Positions 1-11,185 are shown, counted from the first letter of the stretch. The stretch: 64,000 nucleotides of DNA from an uncultured delta proteobacterium (GCA_963850305.1 CAWKKR010000007.1:1063936-1127935); one strand, 5' to 3'. The notes: generated by a model not told the origin, from the letters alone. A program made the numbers and translations.

Positions 1-985
1 CGCGTCGTCTCAGGAGCCGTCCTTGTTCCTCGAGCACGCGGGCCACATCCTCGGCGCCTTGTTTGTGGGCTGCGGCTGCAGCTCGGGCAAGCGCGTCTCG
101 CGCCGCCGTCCGCGCCGCAGCCTCCGTAGAGTTCGCGAGATTCGAAAACTCCCGATCCATTGCGACCAGGTCACTCGTTGCGAGGGCTCTCGCTGCGTCC
201 GAGGTTTCACGCGTGCCGGCCAGCGCATGAGCCGCCGCTTCGAATCCCGCGTGGTTCCTTCCTGCCGTCAGGCGCTCTTGCTCGTACGTGACACCCTCGC
301 GGAGCTTCTCCAGGCCATCGAGGGCTTCTCTCGAATCAAGACCGTACCGCGCTTTCCGTTCGAGCGCCCGGGCCGAAGTCGCCAGCGCGTCGAGCCGTTC
401 GCGCTCCTCGGAGTCCACGGCTTCGAGCGTCTGGAGAGCCTCGACTCGACGCAAGCCGTCCAGTGCACTCGCAGCAATGACCGGGGCCCTTCGAGGTAGG
501 ACCGAGACGGCGAAATGCGGCTGATGCTGGGGGAGTAGACTCATGCCCGCAACGGCCACCACGAGCACGGGCACCAGCACGTGCGCTCTGCGCCAGATGG
601 CGGGAAGTACGCTGTCAGCCGGGGCGCCGTCGATCGCGGAGCAGGCCGCAGCGATGACCGCCCGAGCCATTTCGTCGTCTCGGTCGGCACATTCGATCGC
701 CGTGGTGATGGCTTCGTGACTCACGAGGCGGGAGTCGAGAAAGAGCGCCACGTCCGCGTCCGTCCAGGTTGCGTTCGTCAGGACCCCGAGCAGGATTCCG
801 ACCAGCATGCTTGCCAGTGCCGCGTCGAGCCACTCCGGTCTCCCGGTGATTCGCAGCGCGAGGGCGGTCAAAGACCCCAAGAGCAGACCTGCGGTGGCGC
901 CGTCCAGGGCTCTCCGCAGCAGGAGCGCCGCGCGAACCCGCGCCGCCTCCCGGTTGAAGAATCGCGTGAAAGCCGCGCTGGACAC
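1..985 (-). CDS. Partial membrane-anchored hypothetical protein (N-terminal TM helices, then long helical/coiled-coil region); runs off the left edge
   Basis: Manual minus-strand translation from GTG at 985 (VSSAAFTRFFNREAARVRAALLLRRALDGATAGLLLGSLTALAL...WTDADVALFLDSRL...) stays open to the window edge; absent from the ORF track because it has no stop in the window. Confidence 0.6.
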   Translation of the reverse strand, partial: MSSAAFTRFFNREAARVRAALLLRRALDGATAGLLLGSLTALALRITGRPEWLDAALASMLVGILLGVLTNATWTDADVALFLDSRLVSHEAITTAIECADRDDEMARAVIAAACSAIDGAPADSVLPAIWRRAHVLVPVLVVAVAGMSLLPQHQPHFAVSVLPRRAPVIAASALDGLRRVEALQTLEAVDSEERERLDALATSARALERKARYGLDSREALDGLEKLREGVTYEQERLTAGRNHAGFEAAAHALAGTRETSDAARALATSDLVAMDREFSNLANSTEAAARTAARDALARAAAAAHKQGAEDVARVLEEQGRLLRRR

Positions 986-1108
986 GCCGATCAACCTAGC
1001 GCATGGCGCCCCGGCCGGCTCCGGCTGGGCGGCTCAAAACGTCGAGTCGACCCGGGCGATCCCCGGAGTTAGTCTCCGCGAGACCCGACCGAGGAGTAAG
1101 GCCCGATC

Positions 1109-2005
1109 ATGAGTTCCACGAAAATCACCGTCCCGGCCATCCGTGATCGCAAGGCGAAGGGCCCGAAACTCGCAGTTCTCACTGCATACGACGCGACCAT
1201 GGCGCGGCTCCTCGACGACGGCGGAGCAGACGTGCTTCTCGTGGGGGATTCGCTCGGAATGGTCGTTCAAGGGCACGCGAATACGCTCTCCGTCACCCTG
1301 GACGAAATGGCCTATCATGCGCGTGCGGTGGCACGAGTGACGCGGCGCGCGCACGTCGTCGCGGATATGCCTTTCATGAGCGCGCAGGTATCGACTGAGA
1401 AAGCGCTAGAGTCCGCCGGCCGATTGGTAAAGGAAGGAGGTGCCGAGTCCGTGAAAGTAGAAGGAGGTGTCGCGATGGCCGAGACCGTCCGGCGGATCGT
1501 TGGCGCCGGGATCCCCGTAATGGGTCACGTGGGTTTGACCCCGCAGTCCATCCATGCGTTCGGCGGCTTTCGCGTTCAGGGCAAGGGCGAGGACGCGGCG
1601 GCGCGCGTGCTGCAAGACGCCAAGGCGATCGAACAAGCCGGCGCATATGCGATCGTGCTCGAGGCGATGCCGGCCGATCTCGCCAGGCGTATCACCGAGA
1701 CCGTCGACGTGCCGACGATCGGGATCGGGGCCGGTCCGCATTGTGACGGGCAAGTGCTCGTTTGCTACGACTTTCTAGGGATGTTCCGCGACATACAGCC
1801 CAAGTTCGTCAAGCGGTACGCGGAGCTCGGAGCGGCCGTAGTTGGTGCGGCGCGCGCCTATGTCGCCGAGGTGCAGAGCGGCGCATTTCCGGAGGACCAG
1901 CACAGCTTCGGCATGGCATCGCCGAAGACCGTCGGTGAGCCCACGGGAGAGAAGGCGCGGATCGAAGGCGCGCCGCCGCAATACGGCCCAGCCGACGAGA
2001 GCTGA
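1109..2005 (+). CDS. panB: 3-methyl-2-oxobutanoate hydroxymethyltransferase
   Basis: Motifs [51 protein letters not shown]. Confidence 0.97.
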   Translation: MSSTKITVPAIRDRKAKGPKLAVLTAYDATMARLLDDGGADVLLVGDSLGMVVQGHANTLSVTLDEMAYHARAVARVTRRAHVVADMPFMSAQVSTEKALESAGRLVKEGGAESVKVEGGVAMAETVRRIVGAGIPVMGHVGLTPQSIHAFGGFRVQGKGEDAAARVLQDAKAIEQAGAYAIVLEAMPADLARRITETVDVPTIGIGAGPHCDGQVLVCYDFLGMFRDIQPKFVKRYAELGAAVVGAARAYVAEVQSGAFPEDQHSFGMASPKTVGEPTGEKARIEGAPPQYGPADES

Positions 2006-2108
2006 GCTCGCGACGCTCCGGCGGGAGCGCTAAGGTGACGAGCCGCTTCACGCCGAACGGATCCTCTGTTACCCGAACGAACGGGCGCCGACCCGCGCCA
2101 TTACCCCC

Positions 2109-3380
2109 ATGTCACATCCCAGCATCGACGTGGATGCCCTCAAGGCGTCCGGACCCGACCTCGAGCGCCGCTACGAGGGCTTCAAATCGAAGAAGTTCTC
2201 CCTCGACATGACGCGCGGCAAGCCGTGCGCCGAGCAACTCGATCTTGCGAACGGATTACTGACAATCCTCGGTCCCGCGGACTACAAGGCGGCCGACAGA
2301 ACCGATTGCCGGAACTACGGCGGCCTGGACGGCTTGCCGGAGGCGAAGAGCCTGTTCGCGGCTTTCATGGAGGTCTCACCGTCGGAGATCCTCGTCGGTG
2401 ACAACTCGAGCCTCGCGCTGATGCACGACACCGTTGCCCGTGGTCTGTCGCATGGTGTGCCCGGTGGTGAGGCGCCGTGGTCGCGCGCGCCTGCGAAGTT
2501 TCTATGCCCGGCCCCGGGATACGATCGCCACTTTGCCGTCTGTGAACACTTCGGCGTGGAGATGGTGAACGTGGACATGACCGACGAAGGTCCGGACATG
2601 GATCGCGTCGAGGCGCTCGTCGCCGACGATCCGTCCGTGAAGGGGATCTGGATCGTTCCCAAGTATGGCAATCCCACGGGAGTCACTTGCTCGGCGCGCC
2701 TGGTCGAGGTGCTCGCGAAAATGAAGACTGCGGCGAAGGACTTCCGGATCTTCTGGGACAACGCCTACGCCCACCACCACCTGACGGACTCGCCGCCCGC
2801 GCTCGCCGACATTCTCGAGGCGTGCAAGCGCGCCGGAAACCCGGACCGCGTACTGCTGTTCGGTTCGACGTCCAAGGTCTCGTATGCGGGTGCCGGCATC
2901 GCCGTCATGGCGGGCAGCGAAAAGAACATCGGTTGGATCCGCTCACATCGTTCCAAGTCCACGATCGGACCCGACAAGCTGACCCAGCTCCGGCACGTCC
3001 GGTTCTTCAAGGACATGGACGGCGTGCGTGAACACATGAAAAAGCACGCGGCGATCCTCAAGCCGAAGTTCGACGCGGTCGATCGCGTTCTCCGCCGGGA
3101 GCTCGCCGGAAAGGGCCTCGCCGCGTGGACGCGGCCCCTGGGTGGCTATTTCGTGAGCCTGGATACCCTCGGAGGACTTGCCCGGGCCGTCGTCAAGATG
3201 GCGGCCGACGTCGGTGTGAAGCTGACGGAGGCGGGGGCGACGTATCCGTACGGCAAGGACCCGCGGGATCGCAACATCCGCATCGCGCCGTCGCTCCCGA
3301 AGCTGCCGGAGATAGAAGCGGCGATGGAAGTGGTCGCCGTGTGCGTGCAGCGGGCGTCCCTGCAAAAGCTCACGGGGTGA
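2109..3380 (+). CDS. PLP-dependent aminotransferase, class I/II fold (Rv3722c-like aspartate aminotransferase family)
   Basis: [46 protein letters not shown] (PLP lysine), DRNIRIAPS. Confidence 0.85.
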   Translation: MSHPSIDVDALKASGPDLERRYEGFKSKKFSLDMTRGKPCAEQLDLANGLLTILGPADYKAADRTDCRNYGGLDGLPEAKSLFAAFMEVSPSEILVGDNSSLALMHDTVARGLSHGVPGGEAPWSRAPAKFLCPAPGYDRHFAVCEHFGVEMVNVDMTDEGPDMDRVEALVADDPSVKGIWIVPKYGNPTGVTCSARLVEVLAKMKTAAKDFRIFWDNAYAHHHLTDSPPALADILEACKRAGNPDRVLLFGSTSKVSYAGAGIAVMAGSEKNIGWIRSHRSKSTIGPDKLTQLRHVRFFKDMDGVREHMKKHAAILKPKFDAVDRVLRRELAGKGLAAWTRPLGGYFVSLDTLGGLARAVVKMAADVGVKLTEAGATYPYGKDPRDRNIRIAPSLPKLPEIEAAMEVVAVCVQRASLQKLTG

Positions 3381-4270
3381 TCGTGTCGAGCCCGCCCCGC
3401 GTCGTGCGATCGGCGTCCGAGTTTCGAGCCGCGATGGATGCGGCTCGGGCCACGGACGGTAGCGTGGCGCTGGTTCCGACCATGGGCGCGCTTCACGACG
3501 GGCATCGCGCGTTGATGCGAGAGGCACGTCGGCGCGCGCCGTACGTGGCGGTGACCATTTTCGTGAACCCTACCCAGTTCGCTCCCGGGGAGGATCTCGA
3601 TCGTTACCCGCGGGACGTCGAAGGGGATGTCGAGAAGTGTGCGGCAGAGGGTGTCTCCGTGGTTTTCGCGCCGGGCGTTTCCGACATGTATCCTCCGCAC
3701 GAACGCACTCGAGTGTCCGTTTCCGGGCTCACCTCGCACCTCTGCGGCGCGACGCGCCCCGGGCACTTCGACGGCGTCGCCACGATCGTGACGAAGTTGT
3801 TCGCCCTGGCCGGCCCTGCCGTGGCGGTGTTTGGTCGCAAGGATTACCAACAACTCCAGGTCGTCCGCCGTCTTGGTCGTGACCTCATGCTTCCGATCGA
3901 GGTGATCGGGCACCCGACCGTGCGCGAGCACGATGGTCTGGCACTTTCGTCGCGCAACGCGTTCCTCTCGCCAGAAGAGCGAGCTCGTGCGCTTGCGATT
4001 CCGGGCTCGCTTGCAAGCGCAACGCGTGCGTTCACGACGGGCGAGCGCTCCGTGCTGGCACTCACGGAGCCGGTGAGGCGAGCGCTCGCTGAGGCGGGCC
4101 TTCGTGTCGACTACGTGTCGCTCGCCGACGCCGACGACCTGACTCCGTTCGAGACCCGCTCTCGGATCGGGGATCGCGCGTTGCTCGCCGTCGCCGCCTT
4201 TGCCGGCAATACACGCCTCATCGACAACGTCGTCTTGGGCGAGGACGCGCCGCCCGCGGCACTCGCATGA
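3377..4270 (+). CDS. panC: Pantoate--beta-alanine ligase
   Basis: [52 protein letters not shown] start overlaps the upstream TGA. Confidence 0.96.
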   Translation: MIVSSPPRVVRSASEFRAAMDAARATDGSVALVPTMGALHDGHRALMREARRRAPYVAVTIFVNPTQFAPGEDLDRYPRDVEGDVEKCAAEGVSVVFAPGVSDMYPPHERTRVSVSGLTSHLCGATRPGHFDGVATIVTKLFALAGPAVAVFGRKDYQQLQVVRRLGRDLMLPIEVIGHPTVREHDGLALSSRNAFLSPEERARALAIPGSLASATRAFTTGERSVLALTEPVRRALAEAGLRVDYVSLADADDLTPFETRSRIGDRALLAVAAFAGNTRLIDNVVLGEDAPPAALA

Positions 4271-4902
4271 CCCGCGGTCGCTTCATCGTGCTCGAGGGCA
4301 TCGACGGTTCGGGAACGACCACTCAGGCGAAGCGCTTGACCGAAGAGCTGGCGCGCCGGGGGAGATCGGTGGTCGCCACGTGGGAGCCTTCGACCGGCCC
4401 CGTCGGGCAATTGATCCGCCGCGCGCTTCGCCACGAGCTTGCGCGGGACGACGGTGGACAGCGTGAGCTGTCGTGGGAGACGCTGGCGCTGCTCTTCGCC
4501 GCCGACCGCGCGGATCACGTCGAGTCCGTGATACGGCCGGCCCTCGACGCCGGGCTCATCGTCGTGTCCGATCGTTACGATCTGTCGAGTCTCACGTATC
4601 AATCGCTCACGGCTCCGGAACCAGATGGGGCGCTCGCATGGATCCGGACTCTGAATGCTCGCGCGGTACGTCCCGACCTGACCCTCGTCCTCGACGTCGC
4701 GGGCGACGTGGCCGAGGTACGACGAGCTTCGCGCGGGGGCCCGGCAGAGCTGTTCGAGGTGACGGAGTTGCAGCGCCGGCTCGCGGCGCTCTATACGCGC
4801 GCCGAACGGCTGGTGCCGGCGGATCGGTTGGTGCACGTCGTCGACGGAGAGCCGGACGTCGTGTTCGGGGCCGTCCTTCGCTCGGTCCTCGAGATCATCT
4901 GA
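4267..4902 (+). CDS. tmk: Thymidylate (dTMP) kinase
   Basis: [16 protein letters not shown]-loop, [29 protein letters not shown] overlap with panC. Confidence 0.93.
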   Translation: MTRGRFIVLEGIDGSGTTTQAKRLTEELARRGRSVVATWEPSTGPVGQLIRRALRHELARDDGGQRELSWETLALLFAADRADHVESVIRPALDAGLIVVSDRYDLSSLTYQSLTAPEPDGALAWIRTLNARAVRPDLTLVLDVAGDVAEVRRASRGGPAELFEVTELQRRLAALYTRAERLVPADRLVHVVDGEPDVVFGAVLRSVLEII

Positions 4903-4964
4903 GGCCTTACGCTCGCGAGCCGCACGACCTGGCGGAAGGCGGCGGAAAATTTGCCCGGCCGGCG

Positions 4965-5531
4965 ATGGTCTCCCATAGTGGGGTCGTGAAACGAGTTCTC
5001 ATGCTGGGCGCCGTACTCGCGATCGGCTGCGGCGGGAATCTGATGGATGAGCCGGTGACCACGGTGGATCGCATCTCGATGGACCAGCCGCTGCCCCCCA
5101 GGGACGTCCCGCCGCGGGGCGCGCTGCTTCGTACGGACGTGAACGCGGCCATCGACAGGGGGCTCGGCTACTTTCTCCAGCGGGTCTCGGTCGATCCGGA
5201 CGTCGTCGACGGCAAGTTCCAGGGTTTTCGGATCGTCCAGCTACGTCCGCCCGACTATTGGCGGGGCGTCGATCTCAAGCCCGGCGACATCGTCACACAG
5301 GTGAATGGGATGTCCATCGAACGAGACATCGATGCGTATCAGGCATTTCAGGCGCTCCGCGCTGCACCCGCGCTCAAGGTGAGCTTTCTGCGCGGCGGAT
5401 CGGCTCGAGAGCTCGTGATGTCGATCGTCGACCCGGGCGCTAAGAACATGCCGCCGCAAACGGCTCCAAAAGGGGTTGCTCCGGTGGCCGCGCCGAAGGC
5501 CACGCCGCAGCAACAAACCAGTCCGAGCTGA
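4965..5531 (+). CDS. PDZ-domain lipoprotein resembling the C-terminal PDZ region of T2SS GspC
   Basis: Lipobox-like LAIGC; GKFQGFRIVQLRP...LKPGDIVTQVNGMSI; start at ATG 4965 or GTG 4986. Confidence 0.7.
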   Translation: MVSHSGVVKRVLMLGAVLAIGCGGNLMDEPVTTVDRISMDQPLPPRDVPPRGALLRTDVNAAIDRGLGYFLQRVSVDPDVVDGKFQGFRIVQLRPPDYWRGVDLKPGDIVTQVNGMSIERDIDAYQAFQALRAAPALKVSFLRGGSARELVMSIVDPGAKNMPPQTAPKGVAPVAAPKATPQQQTSPS

Positions 5532-5552
5532 TCTCTCGAAGCGGCAGGAGCG

Positions 5553-6461
5553 CTAACTCCAGACGCCCGTCAACCACCCCTTGCGGTGTTCGACCCGGCC
5601 GTGCACCACGTCCTCGAAGTGCCGCTTCAGCTTCGACGTCACGGGACCCGGCTTGCCGTCTCCGATCGTACGGCGATCTACCGAGCCGACGGGCGTGACT
5701 TCGGCGCCGGTACCGCACAGGAAGATCTCGTCCGCGACATAGAGCTCGGTGCGGCCGATGACGCGTTCTTGGACGGAGAGCCCGAGGTCTTCCGTCGCCA
5801 GAGCGATCAGGGATCGTCGCGTGATGCCGTCCAGGTTGTCTTCCGTCGAGGGAGGACTCACGAGGACGCCGTCGCGCACGAGAAAGAGATGTTCCGCGCT
5901 TCCCTCGGAGACAGAGCCACGCTCGGTGAGCAAGATCGCTTCGTCGAAGCCGTTGTCGACGGCTTCTCGCCGCGCGAGCGCGCTATTGAGATATGCAGCC
6001 GTCGGTTTCGCCCGCGCCGGGATCGCGTTGTCCCCGATGCGGCGCCACGACGAGACGCAGACATTGATGCTCTCCTTGTCGATGTAGCGCTTGAGCGGCA
6101 AGCAGTAGACACAGAGCTTGCTGTCTTCGGGCTTCAACACAGGGGACAGCTCCACGGAGCCGCTGAAGACCATCGGGCGCACGTAGACGTCGTGATGCAC
6201 TTCATTGCGACGCAGCACTTCGACGACGATGTCCTTCAAGCGGGCAGGCTCCACCGTGAGCGACAGAAAAAGGAGTCTTGCCGAACGATCGAGGCGCTGA
6301 ACGTGCTGGTCCAATCGGAACACGAACACTTGTCGGCCGTCGTCCGCAAGATAGCCGCGGATGCCTCCGAAACAACCGAGGCCGTAGTTGAGCCCGCGCG
6401 AGCGGACGCTGATCTTGGCGTCTGCGTCGTCGACGAAGCGTCCGTCGATGTAAGTAATCAT
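5553..6461 (-). CDS. ilvE: Branched-chain amino acid aminotransferase (class IV)
   Basis: GLNYGLGCFGGIRGY, FRLDQHVQRL, YVRP, AKPTAAY, EGSAEHLF, LDGITR, ADEIFLCGTGAEVTPV. Confidence 0.9.
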   Translation of the reverse strand: MITYIDGRFVDDADAKISVRSRGLNYGLGCFGGIRGYLADDGRQVFVFRLDQHVQRLDRSARLLFLSLTVEPARLKDIVVEVLRRNEVHHDVYVRPMVFSGSVELSPVLKPEDSKLCVYCLPLKRYIDKESINVCVSSWRRIGDNAIPARAKPTAAYLNSALARREAVDNGFDEAILLTERGSVSEGSAEHLFLVRDGVLVSPPSTEDNLDGITRRSLIALATEDLGLSVQERVIGRTELYVADEIFLCGTGAEVTPVGSVDRRTIGDGKPGPVTSKLKRHFEDVVHGRVEHRKGWLTGVWS

Positions 6462-6500
6462 AGCGCACCCGCTATAGCAGCCGCCTCGGCCGGGCTCCGA

Positions 6501-7373
6501 CTACTTCGTGAAGTCAACGGAAGCGCCCGTCTGAAAGTCGAAGCGCATCTCGCCCGAGGTGGGCCCCCCGTCGAAGTGTCGGGAGCGGACTCGGTGAAGG
6601 GCCATCCGTCCGGTCCCGGTGCCGCTGAAGGCGTCCGCGGGCACGGTCCCCGAACCGGAGTCGCGGAACGTACAGGTCACGCTGGGGCTACCGTCGTACG
6701 CAAGGAACTCCACGTAGACGAGGTCGGCACCGTCACCGGCTCCCCACGTGATCTCCGCCGGGGTTCCGGTGTGTATCTCCGTCAGATCCGCGATCGGCGT
6801 TCCGGCGAACTGGATGTTCGCGAGAGAGCGTGGCGCGTCCGCGGTAGCGTGGAGCCCGGGGATCGACGACGATCCGGTCGTCGTGAATACGTAAGGGACG
6901 GCGGGCGGGAGCGCGGCACTCGCACGATCGCGCGTCGTGTAGAGGACACCCGAGGCAAAACCACCGACGGTCGGGAATGCATGAGGCACGAGTGGCGTTG
7001 GAGTCGGAGAACCCGAGGCCGTGATCGCCACGTCGCCCGCTTCACGAAATTCGAGTGCACCCTGGGAAGGCAAGGGTGGCTCGATGTCGTCTTGATCGCT
7101 GCTCTGACAGGTGTCTATCGGCGGCAGATCGAGCGTGGCTCCTGCCGCGCTGAGCGCGCGCGACGGGTCCGAGAACGCGGGTACACTCACGAAGCGTGCT
7201 ATCGCGCTTGCGTTCGCCTGGCCGTCCGCGGCGGCCGGGTCAGTCCGATCGACGGCCACGAGCGCGAGCATCTTTCCGTGATCCGTCTCACCGCTCGCCG
7301 ACGGCGGCTCGTTGGCGCAGCCGACGCTGGCCAGGCCGACGCAGAAGAAGACGAACAAGAGTTTCCGGCCCAT
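6501..7373 (-). CDS. Hypothetical lipoprotein
   Basis: Signal peptide with lipobox ASVGC; beta-rich mature part. Confidence 0.65.
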   Translation of the reverse strand: MGRKLLFVFFCVGLASVGCANEPPSASGETDHGKMLALVAVDRTDPAAADGQANASAIARFVSVPAFSDPSRALSAAGATLDLPPIDTCQSSDQDDIEPPLPSQGALEFREAGDVAITASGSPTPTPLVPHAFPTVGGFASGVLYTTRDRASAALPPAVPYVFTTTGSSSIPGLHATADAPRSLANIQFAGTPIADLTEIHTGTPAEITWGAGDGADLVYVEFLAYDGSPSVTCTFRDSGSGTVPADAFSGTGTGRMALHRVRSRHFDGGPTSGEMRFDFQTGASVDFTK

Positions 7374-7457
7374 GGTGAACGCGCTTTCATCCTAGGCGGG
7401 GCAGTCATCTCCCGCAAGGCGCGCGACCGAGAACGCGCTTCATAAGCGCACAAGGAC

Positions 7458-8285
7458 TCAGAATCTGCCGACGAGCGCCCCCGCCGGCACGATCGTGACG
7501 GCGGACAGTGTCGCGTCGCGGTGACCAGGGGTTCCTGAACCACCAGGGAAATCAGCGCCGACCTGCACGGTTTGATAAGCCGCCTCGAGCTCGAAGGCTG
7601 CCCAGACGGGCTCGAGACCCACGGCGAATCCGACGAGGCCGCCTCCGTACCAGCGCGTTCCAGTGACGCTTGCGCTGTCCGTGCCGGTCGTGAGCGGAAA
7701 CGCGGCCCTGGCTCGCTCCATCCCGACGCGCGCGCCGGCCCACGCCTGCACGACGGCAGGCGAGCTGCGCCACCCCACGAGAACGGGAATGTCGAAGCCA
7801 AATCCGCTGGCGGATGAATCGCTCGCGTCACCGGTCAAGCGGCCGGCGGTCTCGCCGGTGTCCGTGGAATGGGAGCCCGGGCCCAGGAAGACCGCCGAGG
7901 CGCCTGCGCCGACACTGAACGCAAGCGTGTCCGTGCCGAAGGCGTGGCGTGCATCGACGCGAACCGTGCGGCCCGTGTAGGTGAGCCCGCCTTCGTTGTT
8001 TCCCTGGATACCCGCGCGTGCGCTAACGAAGGGCGCGACGCCGGAGGTGAGAGACGCATGCGTCGCCGCTTGCTCGACGAACGCTTGTTCTGGGTCCGCC
8101 ACTCGGGTCGAGGTCCGGGCCGCGGTGACGAACTGTCCGCTCATGCCAGCGCCGCCCGCGACGGTGCCCGGGGGCAGCACGTGCGCCGGATGAAGCAAGG
8201 GTGCTCCACCGCCGCACGCGACGGCGAGGCACGCCACGCTTCCGAGCGAAACCCGGCGAGCAAGCGCCATCGTCGGCGGCGTCAT
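7458..8285 (-). CDS. Hypothetical lipoprotein, possibly outer-membrane beta-barrel
   Basis: Lipobox AVAC; alternating beta-strand patterns; C-terminal ALVGRF ends in Phe. Confidence 0.6.
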   Translation of the reverse strand: MTPPTMALARRVSLGSVACLAVACGGGAPLLHPAHVLPPGTVAGGAGMSGQFVTAARTSTRVADPEQAFVEQAATHASLTSGVAPFVSARAGIQGNNEGGLTYTGRTVRVDARHAFGTDTLAFSVGAGASAVFLGPGSHSTDTGETAGRLTGDASDSSASGFGFDIPVLVGWRSSPAVVQAWAGARVGMERARAAFPLTTGTDSASVTGTRWYGGGLVGFAVGLEPVWAAFELEAAYQTVQVGADFPGGSGTPGHRDATLSAVTIVPAGALVGRF

Positions 8286-8376
8286 AGCTCAGGACGCGGC
8301 CCGATTCCATCGGACGTCCGACGGACGGGTTTCAGGGTGCCTTTCCCGGAGAAGGCCGCTACATTCCCGCCGCTTC

Positions 8377-8946
8377 ATGAACCTTCAGCCCTGGCGCCTG
8401 CTCCCGCTTCTGGCCGCACTCTCGGCCGGCTGCCAGCCGAAGATCGGCGACTCGTGCACGCAGAACACGGACTGTTCCGCCGACGGGACCCGGTTTTGCG
8501 AACCGAATATGCCCGACGGCTACTGCACGATCTTCAACTGCGAGCCCAACACCTGTCCGGACGAGGCCGTGTGCGTGGCGTACCAGAGCGTGCTCTCGAC
8601 CAAGCCGGAGTGCGCGGACCAGCTCGACCAGCGGCTCGAGAGAACGTTTTGCATGCGGAACTGTTCGTCGAACGGCGATTGTCGTGCCGGGTACGCGTGT
8701 ATCGATCTGGGAGTACCGAACCCCTGGGGCGCGGTTGTCGTGGACGGATATTCACCGAACACCAAGGTTTGCACGGTCGCCCTGACCGCTCTCGCGTCGG
8801 AGCCAGAGCCGGGTTCGGCGGAGGTCTGCTCGCCGCCCGTCGACGCGTCCTTCCCGCCAGTCCTCGACGCGGCGCCCGACGGATTCGTCGAGGTTCCCGA
8901 CGCGGCGAGCCGCGACGCAGGCTTGGATGCACGGGCCCATCGATGA
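8377..8946 (+). CDS. Cys-rich lipoprotein
   Basis: Lipobox LSAGC; many Cys (IGDSCTQNTDC, GYCTIFNC, CMRNCSSNGDCRAGYAC). Confidence 0.75.
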   Translation: MNLQPWRLLPLLAALSAGCQPKIGDSCTQNTDCSADGTRFCEPNMPDGYCTIFNCEPNTCPDEAVCVAYQSVLSTKPECADQLDQRLERTFCMRNCSSNGDCRAGYACIDLGVPNPWGAVVVDGYSPNTKVCTVALTALASEPEPGSAEVCSPPVDASFPPVLDAAPDGFVEVPDAASRDAGLDARAHR

Positions 8947-8980
8947 CCGCCTCGCAACGGGGGAGCGAAGAGAGCCGTTC

Positions 8981-10087
8981 ATGGGTTCCGAGAGGAGCGT
9001 GAACGCATTCGGTCTGGCGCCGCTTCCGCGGTCGCTCGGGGCCGCGCTTCGCGACGTGCGCGACCCGAAAGCCGCGGTTCGACGTTCCTCGGTGGAAGAT
9101 CTCGTCCGTCACGCAACCGGCCAGGGGAAGGAACAAGCCGTCCAGGCGCTGGTCGGGGCGCTGCGCTCGGACGTCTCCGCTGACGTGCGAGGGGCGGCGG
9201 CCCTCGCCCTGGCAGATGCGCACGTTGCTGGCTGCTCGGAAGCGCTCGTCGCCGCGGTGAAGGACTCGCATCTTCACGTCCGTCAGATGGCGATGATCGC
9301 TCTCGGGGAGCTCGGGTCGCCCGATGACGTCGAGGTGATGGAGGTCGTGGAGCGGCTGCTCCAAGACGAGGCGGCGGCTCTGCGGTTTCAGGCGCTGATA
9401 GCGAGCTCGCGTCTCTTCGGACCTCGCGCCGAACGCGCGCTCCTTCGCGGCCTCACGGACGTGGATCCGGAGGTTCGACACGTCGCCTTGCGTTTGCTCG
9501 AGGAACTCGGTGCCGTGGACGGAGGGATGGTCAAGGCGGCGCCGGAGGTCCTGACCGCAGCTCGGCGAGCCCTCCGCGATTCAGACGGCCGAGTCCGCGC
9601 CGCGGCAGCGATTCTCATCGGTCGCGGAGGGGACACGTCGTCCGCGAGCGCGCTCGCGGAGGTCGTCGCGGATACGTCGGGCACGGTCGACCCGGACGAC
9701 GAGCAAACCGCCATTGCGCTCGTCGGTGAGCTCGGCATTCGCGAGGCGATCCCCGGACTCGAGCGACGGGCATACGGACGCTTCGGCATCGGCGGTGGGC
9801 GCTATGCGTACGACGCGCGAATCTCCCTCGCGCTCCTAGGCGACGCGCGAGCGCGTGCGGGCATTCTGCGGGGTCTGAACGGCTGGACGCGCGACTCGCG
9901 CACCCTCTCCGTCGTCGCGGCGGGAAAGGCCCGGCTCGTCGAGGCCCGCGCGATCATCGAGGAAATGCGCGGCCGCGACGGGCGCGCCGACCCCGGAGCC
10001 GTGACCGAAGCCCTGGCCGCTCTCGACCGGGCGTCGCGTTCGCCCGCGAACGGCCCGCGCCGTGGTATCGAAAGACGTCCGGCATGA
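8981..10087 (+). CDS. HEAT/PBS-lyase repeat protein
   Basis: Repeated D...VR..AA.AL motifs (DVSADVRGAAALAL, DSHLHVRQMAMIAL, DVDPEVRHVALRLL, DSDGRVRAAAAIL); start uncertain (8927-8999). Confidence 0.8.
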   Translation: MGSERSVNAFGLAPLPRSLGAALRDVRDPKAAVRRSSVEDLVRHATGQGKEQAVQALVGALRSDVSADVRGAAALALADAHVAGCSEALVAAVKDSHLHVRQMAMIALGELGSPDDVEVMEVVERLLQDEAAALRFQALIASSRLFGPRAERALLRGLTDVDPEVRHVALRLLEELGAVDGGMVKAAPEVLTAARRALRDSDGRVRAAAAILIGRGGDTSSASALAEVVADTSGTVDPDDEQTAIALVGELGIREAIPGLERRAYGRFGIGGGRYAYDARISLALLGDARARAGILRGLNGWTRDSRTLSVVAAGKARLVEARAIIEEMRGRDGRADPGAVTEALAALDRASRSPANGPRRGIERRPA

Positions 10088-11166
10088 GCTCCGCTCCCGA
10101 AAGTGCGCGACGAGAGCCCGCGCTCGGCTTGCTTCGGGTGCTGCGAGACGACGGTCGCACCAATCCCGCGACCGATCCGTTCCTCGCACCCGAGAGTCTC
10201 CTCGCGATGCATCGCGAGATGTGTCGAGCTCGAGCGCTGGACAGGGCGCTCATCGCGCTGCAGAGGCAGGGGCGCGTCGGGTATCACAGCGCGGCAATGG
10301 GGCAGGAAGCGGTACCCGTGGGCACGGCGTTCGCGGTCGAGAGCAGCGATTGGGTCTTCCCTGCTCTGCGCGAAGGGGCCCTGCTCCTGGCACGCGGGTT
10401 CCCCCTCGCCCGGTACCTCGCGCAGGCGTTCGGCACGGCCGAGGATGCGCAGAAGGGACGCCAGATGCCGGGTCACGCGGGTGCGCGATCATTCAACCTC
10501 GTCTCCTCGTCGAGCTCCGTCGCGTCGCAGCTGCCGCAGGCCGTGGGCGCCGCGATGGCGGCGAGGAAGGCCGGCTCGCGCTCGATCACGATCGGTTTCG
10601 TCGGCGACGGCGGAACCAGCTCGCCCGATTTCCACGCCGCGCTCAACTTCGCCGGCGTGTTCCGCGCCCCGTGCGTCGTGATCTGCCAGAACAACCAGTG
10701 GGCCATCAGCACCCCGACGAGCCGTCAGACCGCGTCGGAGACGTTTGCGATCAAGGCCGTCGCTTACGGGGTACCGGGCGTCCGCGTGGACGGCAACGAT
10801 ATCCTTGCGGTACATCGAGCGGTCGTCGATGCGCGCGTGCGCGCCGTCGCCGGGGGCGGCCCGACGCTCATCGAGTGCGTCACGTATCGCATGAGCGCTC
10901 ATTCCACGAGCGACGATCCTTCGCGCTACGAAGCCCCTGCCGAGCGTGAAGCCTGGGCCGCGCGCGACCCCATCGAACGCTTCCGACGGCATCTAGAGTA
11001 CCTCGGCATCGTGGATCAATCGACGGAGGCGAGCCTTGCAGCGCAGATCGACGCCGATATATCGAAGGCAGTCACCGCGGCGGAAGCGGGGGCGCGCCCC
11101 GACCGGTCCACCTTGTTCGACGACGTTTACGCCAATCGGCCATGGCACCTGGCCGAGCAAGCATGA
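10084..11166 (+). CDS. 2-oxoacid (pyruvate or branched-chain) dehydrogenase E1 alpha subunit
   Basis: LQRQGRVGY, GQEA, KGRQMPGH, TPP motif GDGGTS...NNQWAIS, VDGND, HSTSDDPSRY. Confidence 0.92.
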   Translation: MSSAPESARREPALGLLRVLRDDGRTNPATDPFLAPESLLAMHREMCRARALDRALIALQRQGRVGYHSAAMGQEAVPVGTAFAVESSDWVFPALREGALLLARGFPLARYLAQAFGTAEDAQKGRQMPGHAGARSFNLVSSSSSVASQLPQAVGAAMAARKAGSRSITIGFVGDGGTSSPDFHAALNFAGVFRAPCVVICQNNQWAISTPTSRQTASETFAIKAVAYGVPGVRVDGNDILAVHRAVVDARVRAVAGGGPTLIECVTYRMSAHSTSDDPSRYEAPAEREAWAARDPIERFRRHLEYLGIVDQSTEASLAAQIDADISKAVTAAEAGARPDRSTLFDDVYANRPWHLAEQA

Positions 11167-11185
11167 ATGAAATGAGCACTCTCGC

